Below are positions 59,885 through 64,000 of a DNA stretch of 64,000 bases, in pieces. The notes beneath the pieces were generated by a model. The model saw nothing but the letters and a program-made list of their open reading frames with translations, had not been told where the DNA came from and searched no databases. Position 1 is the first letter of the stretch. Each line of letters opens with the position of its first letter. The position numbers and the translations under genes were made by a program. Source of the DNA: Candidatus Latescibacterota bacterium. GTDB lineage: Bacteria; Latescibacterota; UBA2968; GCA-2709665. Where the stretch lies: assembly GCA_965226795.1 (NCBI GenBank), contig CBDDDZ010000003.1, positions 96,001 through 160,000 on the forward strand, in the 5' to 3' direction.

Positions 59885-60556
59885 TTAAATCACGCTGCCG
59901 TGGAACGCCAAGAATGCGTGACACAACTCAATCGGTGAAGTGCCCTCACGCGGATGGCGGCTGGCCCAAGCCGACGAGTCGGTAACCAAATCCAACGGTT
60001 TCAGATTTTCGTCATAGCGTGACCTGCTATTCAAGTTGTCGTTAATACCGGCGGCACCAGCATTCGCGTCGCCAGAGATCAGGTATCCGATCATGAACCC
60101 AGTGGAGTGGTTCCCCGAGTACTTGCCGGTTCGGAAGCGGTCAATGCCTTCCACGACGTACTCGCGGCAGAGGTGGGCGTTGTTGCCGGCGATGCGCTTG
60201 CATTCGATGATCGCGTGGGGATCGTGTTCGCCGAAACGGAGGAAGATCTCGATCCACAGAATCGGAATGTCGGTTCTACCATCTGGCAACAGTACATCAG
60301 GACGGGACCGGGATTCGGTTCCAGGAAGCACTATCATCGTCTTCCACGGCAGCATTCCAGAATCCAACGCACAACGCATACCATCGCGCAGCCGTTCCGT
60401 GATTTCTACTTCGCCGGTGTCCGTATTGACGTCCGGTGACTGTAACACAAACCTCCAGCCGACCTTGACCGTTCGCAGGATCGCCGTGACGATATCAGGT
60501 CCAAGATCAATGAACCGGCGGCCAGCGGTCGCCGTAACATCAAACGGCAACTTCAT
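59885..60556 (-). CDS. Putative PD-(D/E)xK nuclease-fold protein coupled to the methyltransferase
   Basis: EVEITE, GRTDI, IIECKRI, Y..EGIDRF..GKY; ATGA overlap with the MTase stop. Confidence 0.7.
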   Translation of the reverse strand: MKLPFDVTATAGRRFIDLGPDIVTAILRTVKVGWRFVLQSPDVNTDTGEVEITERLRDGMRCALDSGMLPWKTMIVLPGTESRSRPDVLLPDGRTDIPILWIEIFLRFGEHDPHAIIECKRIAGNNAHLCREYVVEGIDRFRTGKYSGNHSTGFMIGYLISGDANAGAAGINDNLNSRSRYDENLKPLDLVTDSSAWASRHPREGTSPIELCHAFLAFHGSVI

Positions 60557-63498
60557 TCGGGGATCCCAGAGAAGCTCTCGGCAACAACCGAATCCGCGTC
60601 TTCCAGTGCCGAAACGCCCATCCAGTGCCTGCGAGCAGCCGGTTTAATGATCACAACCTCGTTGTGACCATGTACACGGAGTTCGCGCTGGCCGACTATG
60701 GAGCTTGCAAGCGGAACAGCCAGACGTTCGCCAATCTGGTCGAGGATGCCTCGAAGGTCTCCATCTGTTTCGATAACTTCCAATTCATTAGGTTCCGGTT
60801 TCTCAGAGCGGTCTTCGAGAATGAATCGAACAACCCTGAGTGGCGCACGTTCAGAAAGATCGAAGACTTCGGCGCGCATACAGCGTCGATTCGCCGAGGA
60901 GAGCCAGACCCCCACCGTCGCCAGGAATGTACGTGCATAGTTCAGAACCTGGCCAATATTGGCCGCTTCCACGGAAGCGTCCCTGCCGGCCTTCCATTGC
61001 CAACTTGCGCGAAATAGACCATCGCGTGCGACAATACGATCGGCTTCGTCCAAACCATACAGGTCGAAGACAGCCTCATCGAGCGTTCGCCAATCGGAAG
61101 CGGATGGAGAGCTTTTTTGCAGATCCCGGGAAAGCTGCGTAAGGTGTTTGCCGGCCTCGGAACGCAGGGCCGTTGCGAGATCGGGAACCGGCATGTGTTC
61201 GATGTCTTGAAGCAAGATCCGGCGCATCCACAGTCCGAAAGCGGAAGCGGTCATCAGGAAGAACCAGGATGAAAGCGACGAACTCAGAATCGTGGCAAGC
61301 AGGTGGGCGGCCTCGCTCCACGCCGATGGAAGCGCCGCACCAAAGATTGAATTGCTGAATACCGTATCTCGATCAGCTACGGCAACGACGGGACGACCGT
61401 CGCGCCTTACGAACTCCTTGACGAGCAGTAGCGGTGCTCGGTAGATGTCGCGACTACGCGGCCACTGAGCCTTCGGAGCGTTAAACGAGTCTAAACCGTC
61501 CGGCACAGAGAACGGTCGAAGACTGGTCGCATTCAAGAGTGGGAGTCCATGAAGAAAACTCGAGTCGCGACTTCGATCACCTAACGTCAGCCCGGTGCGA
61601 AGTCGTGCATCGAATTTGTTGAGTTGGTCGCCCAGGGTTGGATGATGCGATGTCAGCCGGTCCAGCAACGATAAATCGCGGTGAGAACCGAAAAACGCTG
61701 CCTTCAGAAATTCCGGCTTTCTCTTCCAGTCACGCACCGGAAGTGTGATAATATCGCTTGGTGCAATTTCGAACGTATGGCTTCTCGCCCCGACTGGCGA
61801 CCAAGGCACCTGAACAGCGGTAATAGTGTCTTGTGGCAATGGCCGGTGCCGTGCAAAGAAGACAATCGCGGGCATCTTACTCTTGGGAAACAACCAAACC
61901 GCCTGATTCGACAGATTAACCAGCGTCACTGGCGACAGCTTCTCAATGATTTGACGCGTTGCGGACGCGCCAGTCTCGCTTCGGCCGAAAAACTGAACAG
62001 CGCTAAGAACCAGACCGAATCTTGTATCCTCGGAGGCAAAATCCATGGCACGGAATACGAAGTCCAGGCTTTCACCTCGTGGCGGAAGCACGCCCTTCGG
62101 TCCACCTCGGATACTGCGCGCGACGGTGGTCGCTTTGCCTCGATAGCTCCATGGTGGATTGCCGACGATAACATTGAACTTCCTCCACACACTCCTTTCG
62201 GTCAGCGCAGCCAGCCCGTCAGGCGATCTCTGGTCATCCCAGACGTCACCGACGATAAGCGTTTTTCCAATTAGTGGCTTGAATTTCAGCGACTCTGGCG
62301 AATGGGGGTATGGGTCGAGCTCCAACGCCGCCAAGTACAGACTGAACGCGGCAACCCGCACTGCAGCTTCACTTATGTCCATACCGTAAATTTGTTGGTG
62401 CAGCGTGGTACGAATTACTTCACGATTTGGCTGACACCCGTTCGATCGAAGATAGACCAGCCTTCGAAAGGCTTCAACAAGGAAGACACCTGACCCGCAA
62501 GTAAGATCGAGTACGGTTTCTTCGCCAGAGAGTCCTTCCATGGTCTCATCCAGTACCAGGGAAACGAGCGACAGCCGGGTATAGAAAACATCTCTTCGGA
62601 GATTGGTGTTGGGCGTCGACGGGGTAGAGTGGGTGAACTGTTCGTAGATTGAGCTAATCAGTTCCACCGGTATGACGTCGAACTGATAAGGAAAAAGTGT
62701 GGTCTGTCGCGACTGGGGATGCACACCTTCAAGGAAGTCTGCAACCCTACGCAGATGCTTGGGCCTCGGGGCAGTTGATCCTTGCAAAGGAAACATGTCG
62801 CCATTGAAACTATCTCGAAGCCAATCGAACAACCGCTCCGTGGCATGCGGATCTCGCAGAATGGATGGAAAGGACCGGCGCCCGTAATCGCTCACAAGGA
62901 AAGGCTCCGTGATTATGCCGCGATCAATCAAATACTGGGTGAATATCGACCGGCCAATCAATCCCTGGGCATCCGGGCGGTCCAACGTTGCTTCCACGAG
63001 GTCTCGCTCAAGATCCGCAAGGTCGTTTAGAAGCTGCCGGTCCACGCTGGTCTTTCGGTCAACGGAGGGCGCATGTTGCCAGAATTGTCCCGTTTCCATA
63101 GCTAGGCGGCCGGCAAAAGCATCGAGATCGTTCAACTCACTATCGATCATTTTGAATGTACGCAGCCGGTGCACTTCAGCATCCTCTGTCTCTTGGGGAC
63201 GCCCGAAGCCGTTGTATAAATCGATCCGATGCGGTGCAACCACCCATAGCAACGGTGCGAAACCCTGATTCCAGATTTCTTTGCGCCACCGTTCTACCTG
63301 CTCAGCAGATGGGTCTTTCCGTTCCAGTTTGAAGTAGACGGTGAGCGCCGAGTCGCTACGCCACAAGGCGTCGGGCTTAAACTCCCTGGCCTGGCATCTG
63401 GTACGCGCATCGTCTTCCAGATACACACCATGTGCAGGTTCACCATTCTGCAAATAGCCTGTGGCTTCAAGTACTTTACTTAAGGATTGGGCGATCAT
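60553..63498 (-). CDS. Large N6-adenine DNA methyltransferase (type IIG/Eco57I-like architecture)
   Basis: ELISSIYE, FYT, motif I DLTCGSGVFL, motif IV GNPPW and a C-terminal TRD-like region. ATG 63498 follows GAGGAAG (ORF open to 63657). Confidence 0.9.
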   Translation of the reverse strand: MIAQSLSKVLEATGYLQNGEPAHGVYLEDDARTRCQAREFKPDALWRSDSALTVYFKLERKDPSAEQVERWRKEIWNQGFAPLLWVVAPHRIDLYNGFGRPQETEDAEVHRLRTFKMIDSELNDLDAFAGRLAMETGQFWQHAPSVDRKTSVDRQLLNDLADLERDLVEATLDRPDAQGLIGRSIFTQYLIDRGIITEPFLVSDYGRRSFPSILRDPHATERLFDWLRDSFNGDMFPLQGSTAPRPKHLRRVADFLEGVHPQSRQTTLFPYQFDVIPVELISSIYEQFTHSTPSTPNTNLRRDVFYTRLSLVSLVLDETMEGLSGEETVLDLTCGSGVFLVEAFRRLVYLRSNGCQPNREVIRTTLHQQIYGMDISEAAVRVAAFSLYLAALELDPYPHSPESLKFKPLIGKTLIVGDVWDDQRSPDGLAALTERSVWRKFNVIVGNPPWSYRGKATTVARSIRGGPKGVLPPRGESLDFVFRAMDFASEDTRFGLVLSAVQFFGRSETGASATRQIIEKLSPVTLVNLSNQAVWLFPKSKMPAIVFFARHRPLPQDTITAVQVPWSPVGARSHTFEIAPSDIITLPVRDWKRKPEFLKAAFFGSHRDLSLLDRLTSHHPTLGDQLNKFDARLRTGLTLGDRSRDSSFLHGLPLLNATSLRPFSVPDGLDSFNAPKAQWPRSRDIYRAPLLLVKEFVRRDGRPVVAVADRDTVFSNSIFGAALPSAWSEAAHLLATILSSSLSSWFFLMTASAFGLWMRRILLQDIEHMPVPDLATALRSEAGKHLTQLSRDLQKSSPSASDWRTLDEAVFDLYGLDEADRIVARDGLFRASWQWKAGRDASVEAANIGQVLNYARTFLATVGVWLSSANRRCMRAEVFDLSERAPLRVVRFILEDRSEKPEPNELEVIETDGDLRGILDQIGERLAVPLASSIVGQRELRVHGHNEVVIIKPAARRHWMGVSALEDADSVVAESFSGIPE

Positions 63499-63817
63499 CT
63501 GCGCTTCCTCACTAACGCGAATCCCATTGAGACGATATTTTACACTATTATAGTCACAATGGGCTTGACATTCAACACGATCTGCGTTTTTGTGCAATTT
63601 CTCACCAAATTTGACGCTTTGCGCTGATGAAAATGCAAAGAGTGGATCGTATCCCACTAATTTGAGGGGAGAAATTCTCTGCGGACGGGATTATACCTAT
63701 CTAAGTGGAAATAGAAGGGGCTCCGATGTAAATTGGATACCGCAGTCTCGGCTTACATGACAGAGGCCATCCCAACTACCCGCTCTAGGTCGAAGATCTC
63801 GTGGTAGCAGACGGTGC

Positions 63818-64000
63818 TCATACACCGTTCTCCGGTGGTCGCTTCTTGAAATCTTCGCGCCATGCCTTCAGCGACTCCAAGTCTGTGCGTAGTTCTTGCT
63901 CATCGGGCAGGAAGGTCGGCACTTCCTGCGACTGGCTGTGCTCGTAGCTCGAATACTTGGTCATCAGATTATCTATAAACCTGCAGTCTTCAGGGGTGAT
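63818..64000 (-). CDS. C-terminus of a gene running off the window, possibly an ABC/SMC-like ATPase
   Basis: Open frame ITPEDCRFIDNLMTKYSSYEHSQSQEVPTFLPDEQELRTDLESLKAWREDFKKRPPENGV*. The family guess is from recalled similarity only. Confidence 0.5.
   Translation of the reverse strand: MTPEDCRFIDNLMTKYSSYEHSQSQEVPTFLPDEQELRTDLESLKAWREDFKKRPPENGV

Noticed and set aside
1..64000. CRISPR array, tRNA, rRNA
   Set aside because: No regularly spaced direct repeats, cloverleaf or rRNA signatures recognised by eye; not machine-scanned.

Overview
A GC-rich bacterial window. The eukaryote-like repeat proteins (WD40, LRR, FN3 relic), dockerin/EF-hand modules and a relic of a type I PKS suggest a host-associated, probably sponge-symbiont lineage such as Latescibacterota; this is inference, not a taxonomic assignment. 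Housekeeping blocks are serA, purA, moaA, a nitrite/sulfite reductase-ferredoxin-gltB cluster, hemB, trpS and surE. Accessory regions are interleaved: (i) 16-28 kb, secreted repeat proteins sharing a dockerin-like tail (two also share a cohesin-like domain), plus two near-identical, oppositely oriented IS1380-family elements inserted at CTAG; (ii) 38-42 kb, three paralogous lipoproteins around a chimeric LRR protein; (iii) 46-54 kb, decaying genes (frameshifted TonB-dependent receptor, ketosynthase and ACP relics); (iv) 57.7-64 kb, a defence island with a shattered type I hsdR, DUF1828, an M48 peptidase and an intact N6-MTase + PD-(D/E)xK pair. Non-coding highlights are a complete tandem-Trp leader-peptide attenuator upstream of trpS, a ~300-bp structured repeat in two full copies and one partial copy, and two small MITE-like elements. 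No rRNA, tRNA or CRISPR array was recognised.
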